Shown one piece after another: positions 12,402 to 24,675 of a stretch of 64,000 nt of DNA. The stretch is from Heptranchias perlo. Taxonomy: Eukaryota. The stretch lies in NCBI RefSeq assembly GCF_035084215.1, contig NC_090344.1, positions 50,654,001-50,718,000 on the forward strand. The letters run 5' to 3'. Every line of letters starts with the position of its first letter. The stretch's first letter is position 1. Under the pieces are notes generated by a model that was not told the DNA's origin, ran no database searches, and saw only the letters and a list, made by a program, of their open reading frames with translations. The position numbers and the translations under genes were made by a program.

Positions 12402-13801
12402 CTAGTTTGAGGGAAAGGAAAAAAAAGAAATCACACAAATCAGCCCAAGATTCAGGTTTTTAGGTCCAAGTGTTTGAACGGTTAACCTGTCTGATCCTTG
12501 AACTCAGAAATGTGCCCTAAATAATCCTTAGCTGCAGCTTTTATTGTTTCACTCCAATTTCATCACATATTGCACTCATGTCAGGGAAATATTTTTTGCA
12601 CACTGGAATGGACAGGTCTGGAAAGATTACTGTAATCCCTCTGGGTGGTCCCAAGATTTGAAAGATCCAATACAATACTCTGGTCATATATCCCTCAATC
12701 ATCTCACTGCCAAAAAATTATCCAACTCCCTCTTGAATATGTTCACTCCTTTGTTCTAAGTACTCCTTTTTATACAAGAAAATTCTCTTCCCAGGTATTT
12801 TTTTGCCACCAACGGAAACCCTCAAGCAATGTCCTCCCTCAGAGGCCACTGTGATTATAATAACAGGGGATGTCCCAGAATGGTTCCATTGTAACGAGCA
12901 GACGGTGTTATCAGACTTGAATGAGGATTACTGTGTAGCATTCCCAGCCCATAGCATGCCCAGAGTGGGGTGAGTGCAGTGTTCAGGCCAGTTGGAAGTC
13001 ACAAATCCACTATTTGCAGTGGAGCCACTTCAGTGCAAATGGAATTGCTCGCTCCACCTGACATTACCAGAGCAGTCTGTCAGGGAGAGAGACTCTAATC
13101 GAGAGATCTTCACAGCAACGATAAAATTGACATTTAAAAAAAATGAAACAGTCTAGTAAGGAAATTAATAATATTCTATGCAAAAAAGGGAGAGGCCTTT
13201 GCATAAAAGGTACTGCCCCTTGATTTTCCTTAACCTTCAATCTTATGTTTAGCACATTGCTCCACCCAACCCCAATGCTCTCTTCTCTAGCCCTGGGTCT
13301 GGCCCGTGTTGCAGTTCTTTGTTCTATTTTCTATTTTCTTTCTTTACTTCAGTCCCCAACCATGGCTTATTCTGTAATCAGAACAAAAGACAGGCAATTG
13401 AGCTGTTTCCCAGTTATTGACCGCCAAACCTGAACTAGGCACCAGAAGGCGTGCCACTACAGGACCAAAATAATGAATGAGTTTATGCCAGTGCTGAAGA
13501 AGTCATTTTCAGGCACTCTCAGGTTCGGTAGAGCACAGTTAGATGCAGAGTAAAGCTCCCTCGATGCTGTCCCATCAAAGACTGTCAGATTAGATACAGT
13601 ATGGCTAGATACAGGGAATAACTGCCTTTTCATTGACTTTTCAAAAGAATAACAGCTGTCCTTAAAGCCACACAATATTATCAATTTAGTTAATGCCAGT
13701 TTTGTACCAACTCAATACAAAAAAAAAGAGAAGAGTGCTCAAACAAGGTGGATTCATCTTTATTTACAGACTTGGGTTCCCTGTGCAGACATCATACTTA
13801 C

Positions 13802-13885
13802 TCTGAGGTAGTTAAGGGTGAAGTTTGTGAGGCCAGAGCGGGTGATACTGTTGGATAACTGCTCCAACATTGGAGGATCCTGGGC
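13802..13885 (-). CDS. LDB1-like: LDB-family gene, coding exon 7
   Basis: AQDPPMLEQLSNSITRSGLTNFTLNYLR; tttttag acceptor, gtaagt donor; 84 nt. Confidence 0.95.
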
Positions 13886-14870
13886 CTAAAAAAAAGTAAA
13901 AAGGACTAAGGAATGGGTTTTGTAGGGACATAAAATCATTAACTGTGCTACTCAGTAATACTGCAAATAAATACTAGCTACATAGAAAAATATGTTCCTA
14001 CTTTCATCCCTCAAAATGCTTTTTCAGTACCGTCAAGCTCATCAAATCCTTCATAAAACAGGCCAACTTTATAATTACAAGCAATGTCCAAGTCTGACAT
14101 GCTTTTATTACATTTAGTCATGCTCTGTTCAAGTACGCAAAGATGAATTAATTCATCTTACACAAACAACAATATTGTGCAGGGAGATCAGAATAATATA
14201 ATATGTTGATTGTAACAATAACACACGGCGTTGCTTTCCCTCTGTCTATTCGAAGAGATGGATTTGTATGGGACTTTGGGAGCCTGTGTACTTCAATGAT
14301 TGCTCAAACCTCAACCCATAGTCCAGTACCTCTGTACAGGTTTCACCAAGCACCCAGCCCACACTCCTATGTGGAAGTGTTGAACCACCTCTCACACACT
14401 CATATCTCTGATCACCTGGCAGTCATTTTGTGAGTGGAACATGCCTGTATTTTGCCTCCTGGTTTGCAACCAGCTAATTGGCAACAGACGCCATTACCAA
14501 TTTGCTAGACGATGTATTTCATCCTACAAGATAGCAAAAATTCACAAAAGAAAAAGGTAAAGGATAATATATATAAACTTTTGCAGCTTAGAAAGAACAC
14601 AAATTAAACAGAACTTATGTATTTAGGGAGTTTTTCCTGGTGCCCAGAAATTCAATTGCTGCCAATTACAAAAGAACAAACCGCGTTACAATGCCAGAAT
14701 TCGACCTTTTATGCAGTGAGTACGGGGGTCGGGGTCGGGGAGCCATATCCTTGCTGGTCAGTCACTAAAAGCTTCAAGGCCTGCATTCAGGACATCTGTT
14801 CACGCATCGATATGTGGCTGAGAGAGAATAATCAGTTGTGATCACTTTTAAAGAAAAATCAGATACTCAC

Positions 14871-14993
14871 ATGTGTTGCAAGGATACTGCGTGAGAGCAG
14901 CTCGCGATTTTGTCTGATATTAAAATGCCAATTCTTTATACGCATCAGATCATCGAAAGTGAACTCCAGGTAGAGACGGCCTTCTGTACATAC
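14871..14993 (-). CDS. LDB1-like: LDB-family gene, coding exon 6 (dimerisation domain)
   Basis: VCTEGRLYLEFTFDDLMRIKNWHFNIRQNRELLSRSILATH; ctcag/gtgagt; 123 nt. Confidence 0.95.
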
Positions 14994-15145
14994 CTGAGAC
15001 AACAAACAAGTACAAGCTGAATAATCTCTCCTGTCTTTATTTTACTGATGCTTTGTTTTTTGAGTTTCCTCTCTTTTGCCTCCTAAATTTCAAATATGCC
15101 ATTTACACACTGATCTCCCACCCTACTTCCTTGCTGTGTTGAAAT

Positions 15146-15566
15146 AAAGACTGGGGCTCTTTTCTCTACGAAAGAGAAGACCGAGGGGTGACCTGATAGC
15201 GGTCTTTAAGATTATGGAAGGGTTCGATAGGGTATATGTACAGAAGATGTTTTCACTTGCAGGGGAGACCAGACTAGGGACCATAAATATAAGAAGGTCA
15301 CTAACGAATCCAATAGGGAATTCAGGAGAAACTTCTTCACCCAGAGAGTGGTAAGAATGTGGAACTTGCTACCACAAGGAGTAGTTGAGGCAACTTGCAT
15401 AGATGCATTTAAGGGGAAGCTAGATCAACACATGAGGGAGAAAAGAATAGAAGGATATATTGATAGGGTTAGATGAAGAAGGTGGGAGCGAGGAGGCTCA
15501 CCTGGAGCATAAACACCGGCATGGACCTGTTGGGCCGAATGGCCTGCTTCTGTGCCGTACATTCTT
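15146..15566 (+). mobile_element. CR1 LINE 3' fragment
   Basis: RGDLI...NFFTQRVVRMWN motif and 3' GGGCCGAATGGCCT. Confidence 0.85.
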
Positions 15567-15715
15567 TGAAGGCCAAAGAGCAAAAATTCATGAGAAAAAA
15601 GCAAGAAAAATGCCTGCTCTACTGGTTTTTGGTTCAACTGCTAGTTGACAGAGACTAGCAGGAAATCAAAGCGTCTACATCCAATCTACAATTCACTACA
15701 CGGGATATTTCCTAC

Positions 15716-15888
15716 CTTGGTGAAGATGGGCTTGCTATGCAGTGTGATCATGCTGCACAGATCACAGTCCAGTATCACCAAATTGCCGTGGAACGATTCC
15801 TTTGAGTGTTTCAGGTTAAAATAAAGATCCGTTGCTCCGCCATCAAAGATACTACGGAAATACCGAGGGATTAGGGTCCGGCCAATTG
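15716..15888 (-). CDS. LDB1-like: LDB-family gene, coding exon 5 (dimerisation domain)
   Basis: (T)IGRTLIPRYFRSIFDGGATDLYFNLKHSKESFHGNLVILDCDLCSMITLHSKPIFTK; 173 nt, phase 1 to 0. Confidence 0.95.
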
Positions 15889-16333
15889 CTTTGTAGAAAT
15901 AGAAAAAAACACATTAAATTTCAAAACTTTGACAAGAGTTTTATAATACAATTGAACTTTAAACATCTAAGCATTTTGTAGAGTGTAGATTATTCCATCT
16001 GCTAAAGGAATAAAATTACTCCTCTGACTTTAGTAAATAACTCAGAAGAGGGAGTTTTACTGTGTTAATATGTACAATTTACTGATGTACCAAATTGGGT
16101 ACACAGGATATTTATGTACCATACTGGGCACGAGACTATCTCTCCACATTACCCTGCAAAGTTTATTAGTGTCCCCTCTAAGTTATTATTTTTTGTCGCT
16201 CAAAAAGAATGGCAGAGTCTTTCTTGGCCTATTACTTCAGCACATGTTTTTATAACTAATGAAAGTTGTTGTACGAGCGCTGCAGTTGGTTTGAAACGTG
16301 CGTAGACTGTGATGGGGAACAGTACCAACTCAC

Positions 16334-16436
16334 TGTATCTCTTTGGTCCATCTTCCAGGCAGCAAGCCACAGTTAACACTGCATCATCTTCAAAAAATTC
16401 AGTGGTGAAAGCGTCCCACCAAAGATTGTCACACTC
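16334..16436 (-). CDS. LDB1-like: LDB-family gene, coding exon 4
   Basis: ECDNLWWDAFTTEFFEDDAVLTVACCLEDGPKRY; ctcag/gtgagt; 103 nt. Confidence 0.96.
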
Positions 16437-17690
16437 CTGAGAGAAAAATCAAATTGACAAAAGAGTCACAAGACAATGTGCTCGCCAGAGAATAAAACCC
16501 TCAACACCGGCTGAACTATGGAGCCCAATAATAAGTTAATCTTCATCTAATGAAGTAAAACACAATAAAGACACAGAGAGACAGCGAGGCATGCGGAGTG
16601 TTTTCACCTCATCTACAATGACAGTCAGAATCAGCGCGCAATTGAATTCTGTCGGCATCTCCGTTGCAGTATTTGTCTTGGTTCCAAATAAAATCTTACA
16701 CTCACATGCTGCATTTTGTGCATCAGATGTTGTACTGTGTGCATGCGTGTATAACAAAATGTTCAACCATCCCATTCCCTATTGCCCTTACGTTGGTACT
16801 TCTCAAGTTATGGAAGCTATCTCCCAAACTATCCATCACCCTACAAGCTACTACAGTAGTGATGCTACAATTGGCTTCAGTGTGCCCAGGTTTGGGGAGC
16901 GGGAGTGGGCAGCCTGTGTATGTTTGATTGTGGACTTTAGATAAGGGTACAATCAGGCTCTGTACATGATGCCTACACTTATTGTCTATGCTAGCAACTG
17001 AATAAGGCCACTAGGGGGAGGCAGCAGAAAGCGACAGCCATTAAGGAACCATACCTTCAGGAAGAGAGGGGAGGCGAGAATATCGAACAAAAAATAAAAC
17101 AAAATTTATAGCTTAACCCATAATTGCCACCACATCCACAAACTGTAAGCAGCCGGCTATCCCAATAGCTCAGCAGGTTTCTAGTGAGTAGCTGAAATAT
17201 ACAAACAAAAAGGGCCTCATGTTTGGTCCCTGGTCTGTACTGAGTTAACTCATCTGATGACGCAACAGGCTTCATCCCTGGGTTTCAAGCAGGGGGAAAA
17301 GAAAAATCAGTTAGGGTCTCCAATCTTGATCACTACTCAGTTTGCACCCCTCACAGCCTGGCGACACTAAATGACAATGCTCACCTCTGAATATGGGTAA
17401 GGTGCTGAAGGGGAAAATGTCCATTGTGGAACTATGCCCCAGAAAAAAAGTTAATGCCTTCAGGAGAGGCCCATTCTCTATTGCCCTTATCAACCAGAAG
17501 ATGCTGGTTAAATCATGCAATCTCGACAATTTCAGTATCCCACTTCTCCAGATGTTCACTTTGATATTTACAACATTGCATTCAGCAGAAAACAATGTTC
17601 CAGCTCTAAGCTCGTGATTACTCTAGGAGTGAAGTTCTGAAACTATCTATACTTTAAACTCTGTTGACTAATCGGCCTGAAATTACCCAC

Positions 17691-17766
17691 CTCTGTCCAG
17701 TTCTGGAGACGTTTGTTGAGCTCATAGATCCTGTACTCAGGCTGTGACATATAAGGCGTGTGTCTT
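17691..17766 (-). CDS. LDB1-like: LDB-family gene, coding exon 3
   Basis: RHTPYMSQPEYRIYELNKRLQNWTE; ttcag/gtgggt; 76 nt, phase 2 to 0. Confidence 0.95.
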
Positions 17767-18333
17767 CTGAAATTGCAGGAATACATTAGTAATCAAATTA
17801 AACGAGGCAATCGGATCAGTGGCACATCCCCAGAATATGTGACATCCACTACAGAAACATATCTGCTGTTGAACACGGTCACTTACAACTACAGAATTAT
17901 AGCAACAGCTTGATAATGGTCTCAACACTATAATCTACTGTAAAACCAGCTGTGCATTTGGCATTTCTGTATGATCTGGAAACCAATGGTAAGATTTTTA
18001 CATTAGTATCACCAATACGCCAAGATACACACTATTTACAGTAAATACACAACTGAGGTGCTTATACAGACGCTACAGAGATGGCCTATAACCATCAGTT
18101 AGTTCACCAGCAAAGGGATCAGCTTCCTCTGGAAATCATCGACTGTTCTCCCAGAATTGCATTTGAAACATTTTATTGGTAGGTGCAAAAGCATAGATTG
18201 TAAAATTCTTATAATTATCATAAAAAGGTTATTGTTGAGGCCAGCAATATAGACAGCATGTAACTAATTGAAAGGTCCCGTCTACAGGAGATACAATAAA
18301 GACACCAAAACAACAGAACCAAAAACTCCTTAC

Positions 18334-18378
18334 CCAATAGTGGGCTCCGGATACGTGGGAGGATAAGACGGGGTCGGA
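18334..18378 (-). CDS. LDB1-like: LDB-family gene, coding exon 2 (45-nt mini-exon)
   Basis: PTPSYPPTYPEPTIG resembles LDB1 PTPMYPPTYLEPGIG; ttgtag/gtaagg; phase 2 to 2. Confidence 0.92.
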
Positions 18379-20322
18379 CTACAAATGAAGATGAAAGCGG
18401 TGATGTTAATTTCTGCTACGCTCAATATCAATCCTTTGTACAGTATTTTTCATTTAAAGCTAACATTCTCTGCTCTCCCTGGCTCGTGCAATACTACAAT
18501 ACTGAGAACAGGTGGGCATCCCTCTCTTATGAGCTGTGACTGTGCTGGTCTGAACTGGCCGTTCGGAGGTGCCTGGGACACCTCAGGGATGACTATGGGA
18601 AAGGACATGGCTTCCTCGTGGATACTTCCCCACAGTCATCTGCAACTCCATAGTTTGGTAGATTAAAGTTGCAAACCTATGAATGTTACCACACACTGGC
18701 ACCTCAATGCTCCGTGCCACTCTTGCAATGCTTTTTATCCCAATGTTCAATGTAAAGAAGAAACAGTAACCAAGGGACACGAAGGATGCACTATAAATGC
18801 GTGTAATAAGGGGAAAAATCTCAGTGACAGAAACTGGCCATCAAAAATTCAACACTAAGCTCTGATTACACAGCATTTCATCTTTGTTTATGAATTAAAA
18901 ACCCCGTTTTCTATTCACACATGCTACCTCCAAATTCTACACTGCCCTCTTATGGTGGCATGGGATCTGGAAGGGTCTGGCCCACAGTTGCAATCTACAT
19001 ACTGATGATCCAACTGAATTTTCTCAACTGGTAGAAGGAGGGTGTCTCAAAATTCCTCTCCCAGGTGCAGCGCTAAGCTGAGAACCAAATATTAAGAGTG
19101 GACCAGAATTCAAACATCATTCATAGCATGTATTCCAGACCCTCTAAACAGAATCCAAATATTTTGCTATTGCAGTTGCTAAGTAACTCCGGGCTTGGAT
19201 ACCTTACAACACACCAGAATAACCACCAATTCATCAAATTCAGTAATCAGCACAAGTGTAAACCACACACAAACTGAGTTTTAACTGTTAATCTGTAATG
19301 AACACCAGAGTAAATGTTCTACATGATCAGAAGCCTGTACAGATTGTGACTACAGGGACTGCCAAGCATAGAAAACTTTGTATCCCAAGTCACACCGTAT
19401 TACACAATTTTTAGATACAGTAAGTGACCAGTATGAAATCCTGCTGCTCAATGTCTCATCCTTAAATGATTTCAACACACTCATTGCAATCACATCATTC
19501 AACCATCATGGTACAAATCAAATACAGTCCCACATCCAGCATTCGCCCATCACAACACGCATTCAGTCCAGCCCATAAGCAGCCAGCTCGCCGCACAATC
19601 TGTTCAACAAATCTGCTCAAGTGCAACACTCACTCCATCCTGATATGACAGACTTGTTCTCCTCAACAGTCCCAATTCAACTAACGTGCAACAAAAACAC
19701 AGCTGCTCCCATTAAAAAGAAGCCTTCCCTAACCCATATCACAGCCTGGCATCTAACTCAGCAACTCAAATCAGGGAAGCACAAAACATTAATTCACACT
19801 TTTCTGCAACATATAGTTTCCAAAGAAGATTTCGTATTACCCTTCCTGGTCTAAACATAGGAACAGGAGGCCAGTCAGGCCCTCGAAGAAACACCAAAAA
19901 GTGTCAGCTGCAGTTAGACCCTAATTTTTCACCTGTGACTTGCAATCTCACTTCAAAAAGAGGATGCGTTTGTGCAACAACTGAACATTGTTTTGCAAAC
20001 ATCTCTGGGTCACATGGTATAACAATATATGGTACTCTTTGCTTTTATGTCTGGGCAATAGAACCCATTCAGAGGGCTGAGCAACTCCTTCCAAAGGTGC
20101 TGATCATCCAAAGATCCTGGGCTTGAATCCCAACCTTGACTGAAATGCACACTGCTTCAGTTTACAGCTAAGTTTCACTAGCTTGCGTTAGAAGCTATAT
20201 AGTATTCTTCTGGAAGACACGCCATCTAAGGGGGCTTAGGTGCCTTTAATAGGGAAAAAGCAGAAGGAAACTAGATTATAATGCAGCAACGGAATGCGCC
20301 TCTGCACGAGCAGTATACCCAC

Positions 20323-20342
20323 CCGAGGTCTCGGTCCAGCAT
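20323..20342 (-). CDS. LDB1-like: LDB-family gene, first coding segment (MLDRDLG); exon likely begins at 20422
   Basis: GCC-ATG context; MLDRDLG resembles LDB1 MLDRDVG; donor gtgggt at 20322; acceptor ttgcag at 20423-20424. Summed CDS is 1122 nt (373 aa plus stop) with all phases consistent. Confidence 0.9.
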
Positions 20343-20869
20343 GGCTCCCTCAGTCTCAGGAATGCACTTGAGGTTAGAATAATACTGAAATGTATTCAGT
20401 CTGGATACCTTAAGTAGGTAATCTGCAACAAGACAGAGAAATAAACTATTAGGCAAACTGCAAGAATTCACTCACTGATTCAACCATCATACATATTCTC
20501 TAACCTCTATCTGACAAGGCAACAGGATTTCCAAAGATTCATCAACGGGAATGCTGTCCTCAATTTATGACCTGTGCATTGCCATGACAACAGCATCACT
20601 ACCCCTTGCAGTCCCATGATAACACCATTCTCAATTTCCAACCTCTGTACAATCCTAGGGAAACAATGATCTTAACCTCTGTACTTCCCACAGGAACTAG
20701 TATTCCCAATCTTAGACTTTCAGGTAACCACCATTCTCTATCTCCCACCAGCATCCCATGGTGCCTACCTCACCCTCACCTACAAACATACAAAAGAAGA
20801 TGAGACCAGCTGATACATTAGGCCTATCCCAATGAGACATAGTGCATTCTACGCTTTCAACCCAGACCA

Positions 20870-21491
20870 GTTAGGAAGGCGAATGGTATGTTGGCCTTCA
20901 TTGCAAGAGGATTTGAGTACAGGACCAGGGATGTCTTACTGCAGTTATACAGGACCTTTGAGAGACCACATCTGGAGTATTGTGAGCAGTTTTGGTCTCC
21001 TTATCTGAGGAAGGATGTCCTTGCCATGGAGGGAGTGCAACGAAGGTTTACCAGACTGATTCCTGGGATGACAGGACTGACGTATGAGGAGAGATTGGGT
21101 CGACTAGGCCTGTATTCACTAGAGTTTAGAAGAATGAGAGGTGATCTCATCGAAACATATAAAATTCTAATAGACTAGACAGACTAGATGCAGGGAGGAT
21201 GGTCCTGATGGCTGGGGAGTCCAGAACCAGGGGTCACAGTCTCAGGATACGGGGAATGCCATTTAGAACCGAGATGAGGAGAAATTTCTTCACTCGGAGG
21301 GTGGTGAACCTGTGGAATTCTCTACCACAGAAGGCAGTTGAGGCCAAGTGCTAAAGGGATTAAGGGATAGGGGGAAAAAGCGGGAACAGGGTACTGAGTT
21401 GGACGATCAGCCATGATCATTTTGAATGGCGGAGCGGGCCCGAAGGGCCGAATGGCCTACTCTTGCTCCTATTTTCTATGTTTCTATGTTT
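20870..21491 (+). mobile_element. CR1 LINE 3' fragment
   Basis: MLAFIARGFEYR...RPHLEYCEQFWSP...RGDLIETYKI; TTTCTATG tail. Confidence 0.92.
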
Positions 21492-21669
21492 CAGTCATGC
21501 AGACTACTGGGAGGCAAAAAGAGCAGATAAGTTCAAGATCCAGGGTTGCTCATGTATAACATGCTTGCCTCAAACAGAGAAGTTTTTCAGTTCTTGGTTA
21601 GACCACTAAATGCAGCAGTCCTGCTCATGGTGTTCCCATGATGGTGTTAATAAGAGAATTTGGGGGCTT

Positions 21670-22725
21670 TTGACTCAGTGACGATGAAGGAACAGAAGTT
21701 TACATGCAAGCCAGGATGATGTGCGACTTGGAAGTGATGGCTTTTCCATGATCTTGCTGCTCTTGTTCTCCCAGGTGATAGAGGTCAGGGCGGCTGGGAG
21801 GTGCCGTTGAAGTAAGTTTGGTGAGTTGCTGCAGGGCATCCAATAGACAGTACATACTGCAGCCACAGTACATCAGCTATGGATGGGATGGGATGGATAT
21901 GGCGTTTAGTGGCAGGGACACCAATCAAGTAGACTGCCTTGAATGTTGGTGCAGTACCCATCCAAGCAAGTAGTGAGTACTTCATCACATTGCTGCATTG
22001 AGCCTTGTAAATGGCAGAGAGGCTTTGAAGGGTGACTTATTGCAGAGTACCCTGCTCTCATTGTCATGGTGTGACATGGCTGGTCTAGTTAAGCTTCTGC
22101 TTAATGGTGACTCCCAGCATGTTGATGGTGGGGCACACAGCAGTGCAGTTCAGGTACCACTGAAGTTCAGGGGAGGTGGTTGGGCTTTTTCTTGTCACAG
22201 GTGGTCACTGCCTGGCACTTAAGTGGCACGAATATTACCTACCACTGGTCAGCTCAAGCCTGGATGTTATCCAAGACCTGCTGCAGGCTGGCATGGGCAG
22301 CTTCCTTATCAGAGGAGTTGTGAATGGAGTGGAACACTGTAAAATCATCAGCGAATAATCGCACGCCTGACCTCTTGACAGATGAAGATGAAGCAGTTGA
22401 AGATGGCTGGGCCTAGGACATTGCCCTGAGGAACTCCTACAGCGATGTCCTGGGGCTATGACGATTGGCCTTTGACAACCACAACTTTCTCCCTTGTGTC
22501 AGGTATGACTCCACGCACTGGAGGGTTTTCCCTTTGTTTTTCTAGGGCTCCTCAATGTCATACTTAGTCAAGTGCTGCTTTGATGTTGAGGGCAGTTATT
22601 CTGACATCTTTTCCGCATTCAGCTCTTGTGTCCAAGTCACAATCAAGGCTGTCACGAGGTCTAGAGCCAAGTGGTTCTGGTGGAATCCGAAATGAAGGTT
22701 GGCGAGGTTATCGGTGAGTAAGAAG
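21670..22725 (-). mobile_element. Old degenerate non-LTR retrotransposon, same family as 43468-44277
   Basis: Reverse strand shares AAVCT / CSNSP / YS.LAWM motifs with that copy; frameshifted. Confidence 0.75.
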
Positions 22726-23559
22726 TAATCTTCTTTAAGTAACCAAGTAATCAATCCTCAGGATAAAAGTAATCCCTTTTTTCAACACAATGACATTCAC
22801 TGCTTCCCTTCAGTAGGTAACTATGTTCCATTATTATCCCCTGACCAGCCAGGGATCTGATCCCAATACTTTGCCAATGCCATCGCTTACCAAAGCAGCT
22901 GACAGATTTGTATCTCTATTGGTTCAGAAATACCTCCCAAACTGAGCACCATTCCAACAAAGCATCCACAATCAAAGCCCATGCGGGAGGGGGAAGCACC
23001 TCTCTGGAGCATAGCATCACTGACCCTCAGGCCGTGGGCTGAGGTGAGAGAGGCACTCTAATCTCCTCTCTACTGCTTCCCCCTTTCACACACTTACTGC
23101 GTTCTTTCCGTCAATCTCATTTGTTCCCACAGGTTTCCTACTCCTCCTTGCCTCACATTTTCTCCAGTCACTGTATCTCTCAGATTATTTCTAGTCCTCT
23201 CTCCCCAATTCCCTCAGGTCGTTCTCAGCTTCTCTCTTCCACCACCCCTCTCCCATTACTCCCTCAATTTATTCCAGGTCTCTCTCCCCACACCGTTCCC
23301 TCGATTTATTCCCAGTCTCTCTCCTCCCATTCCCTCGGGTCATTCCTGGTCTTTCTCTCTCTCTCTCCCCATTCCCTCGGGTCATTCCTCGTCTCTCTCT
23401 CTCTCCCTATTCCCTCGAGTCATTCCTGGTCTCTCTCCCCCAGTTTCATCAGGTTATTCCTGGTCCCTTGGGATATTCCAGGTCTCTCTCCTCTCGTTCC
23501 CTTGGGTTATTCTTGGTCTTTCTCTCTCTTTCTCTCTCCTGCCACCACCCCCCAGTTCC

Positions 23560-24118
23560 ATCAGGTTATTCCTGGTTTCCCTCAGGTTATTCCCCGTTTT
23601 CCGTGGGTTATTACTGTTTCTCTCAGATTATTCGCAGTTTCCATCAGATTATTCCCAGTTTTCCCCAGGTTATTCCCGGGTTTCTACAGAATATTTCCGG
23701 TTTCCCTCTGATTATTCCCTGTTTTCCATGGGATATTCCCGTTCTCCCTCAGATTATTCATGGTATTCTGCGGGTTATTCCCAGTTTCCCTCAGATTATT
23801 CCCGGTTTTCCGCGCGATATTCCCAGTTTCCCTCAGATTATTCCCGGTTTTCCATGGGTTATTCCCCGTTTCCCTCAGATTATTCCCGGTTTTCTGCGCG
23901 ATATTCCCGGTTTCCCTCAGATTATTCCCGGTTTTCCACGGGTTATTCCCGGTTTATTCCCAGTTTCCCTCAGATTATTCCCGGTTTTCCACGGTTTATT
24001 CCCAGTTTCCCTCAGATTATTCCCGGTTTTCCACGGTTTATTCCCAGTTTCCCTCAGATTATTCCCGGTTTTCCACGGTTTATTCCCAGTTTCCCTCAGA
24101 TTATTCCCGGTTTTCCGC
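23560..24118. repeat. ~21/42-bp pyrimidine-rich minisatellite at the start of LDB intron 1
   Basis: ttattcccggttttccacggt + ttattcccagtttccctcaga; regular near 24118, decaying leftward to ~23150. Confidence 0.92.
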
Positions 24119-24119
24119 A

Positions 24120-24400
24120 CTCACCGCTCGATCCTCCCGAACTCGACGCCAGACCAACATCCGCCGGAAGTGAGGAGCCCGTGTCTGCCGTGCGCGCGCG
24201 CGCGCGCTCCCGGCCTGACTGCGCGCTCCCGGGCTGAGCGAGGACGAGCTTCGATGTGGGCGCGCATCTGTTAATCTTCGCTAAATCGGTGCCCCCCCAA
24301 AAAAAAATTGACCGCCACCGACAGGCGTGAACGCGCGCGCGCGCCTCCGCGATGTGCGGCTCCCGGGGCCTCCCGCCTGTGGCTGCTGGAAGCAGAAGCA
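24120..24400. promoter_or_regulatory. CpG-rich promoter of the LDB gene
   Basis: Dense CpG, two (CG)n runs (~24192-24207, ~24332-24344), ETS site. Confidence 0.7.
24125..24175 (-). other. Probable non-coding exon 1 of the LDB gene (5' end uncertain)
   Basis: Donor GCG|gtgagt at 24124 at the edge of a CpG-rich patch; ETS motif CCGGAAGT at 24164-24171. Confidence 0.6.
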
Positions 24401-24675
24401 GGCGGCATTTCATCAACACAACCGAGTTTCAGGTGCTGCAGGATCCATTGACCATGTCGTGAGGTTAAAGGATTGGGACAGATGTTGCTGGCGGCAGTGC
24501 TGCACTGGGAGTGTCGGCCTATCTGTGGATCAAGGTGTGAGACTTCATATGAAGGCAGCACATTCGCCGCACATCTTGCTCATCAACCCAATGATTTCAG
24601 CAACCCCCCCTCACCAACTTCTCCAGCTCCACGATATTGGCCAATTGTTCACCATCCCCAGTAAGAATAGAAGAT

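Noticed and set aside
23121-24274. Overlapping 137-268 aa ORFs (FPQIIPG repeats)
   Set aside because: Translations of the 21/42-bp minisatellite.
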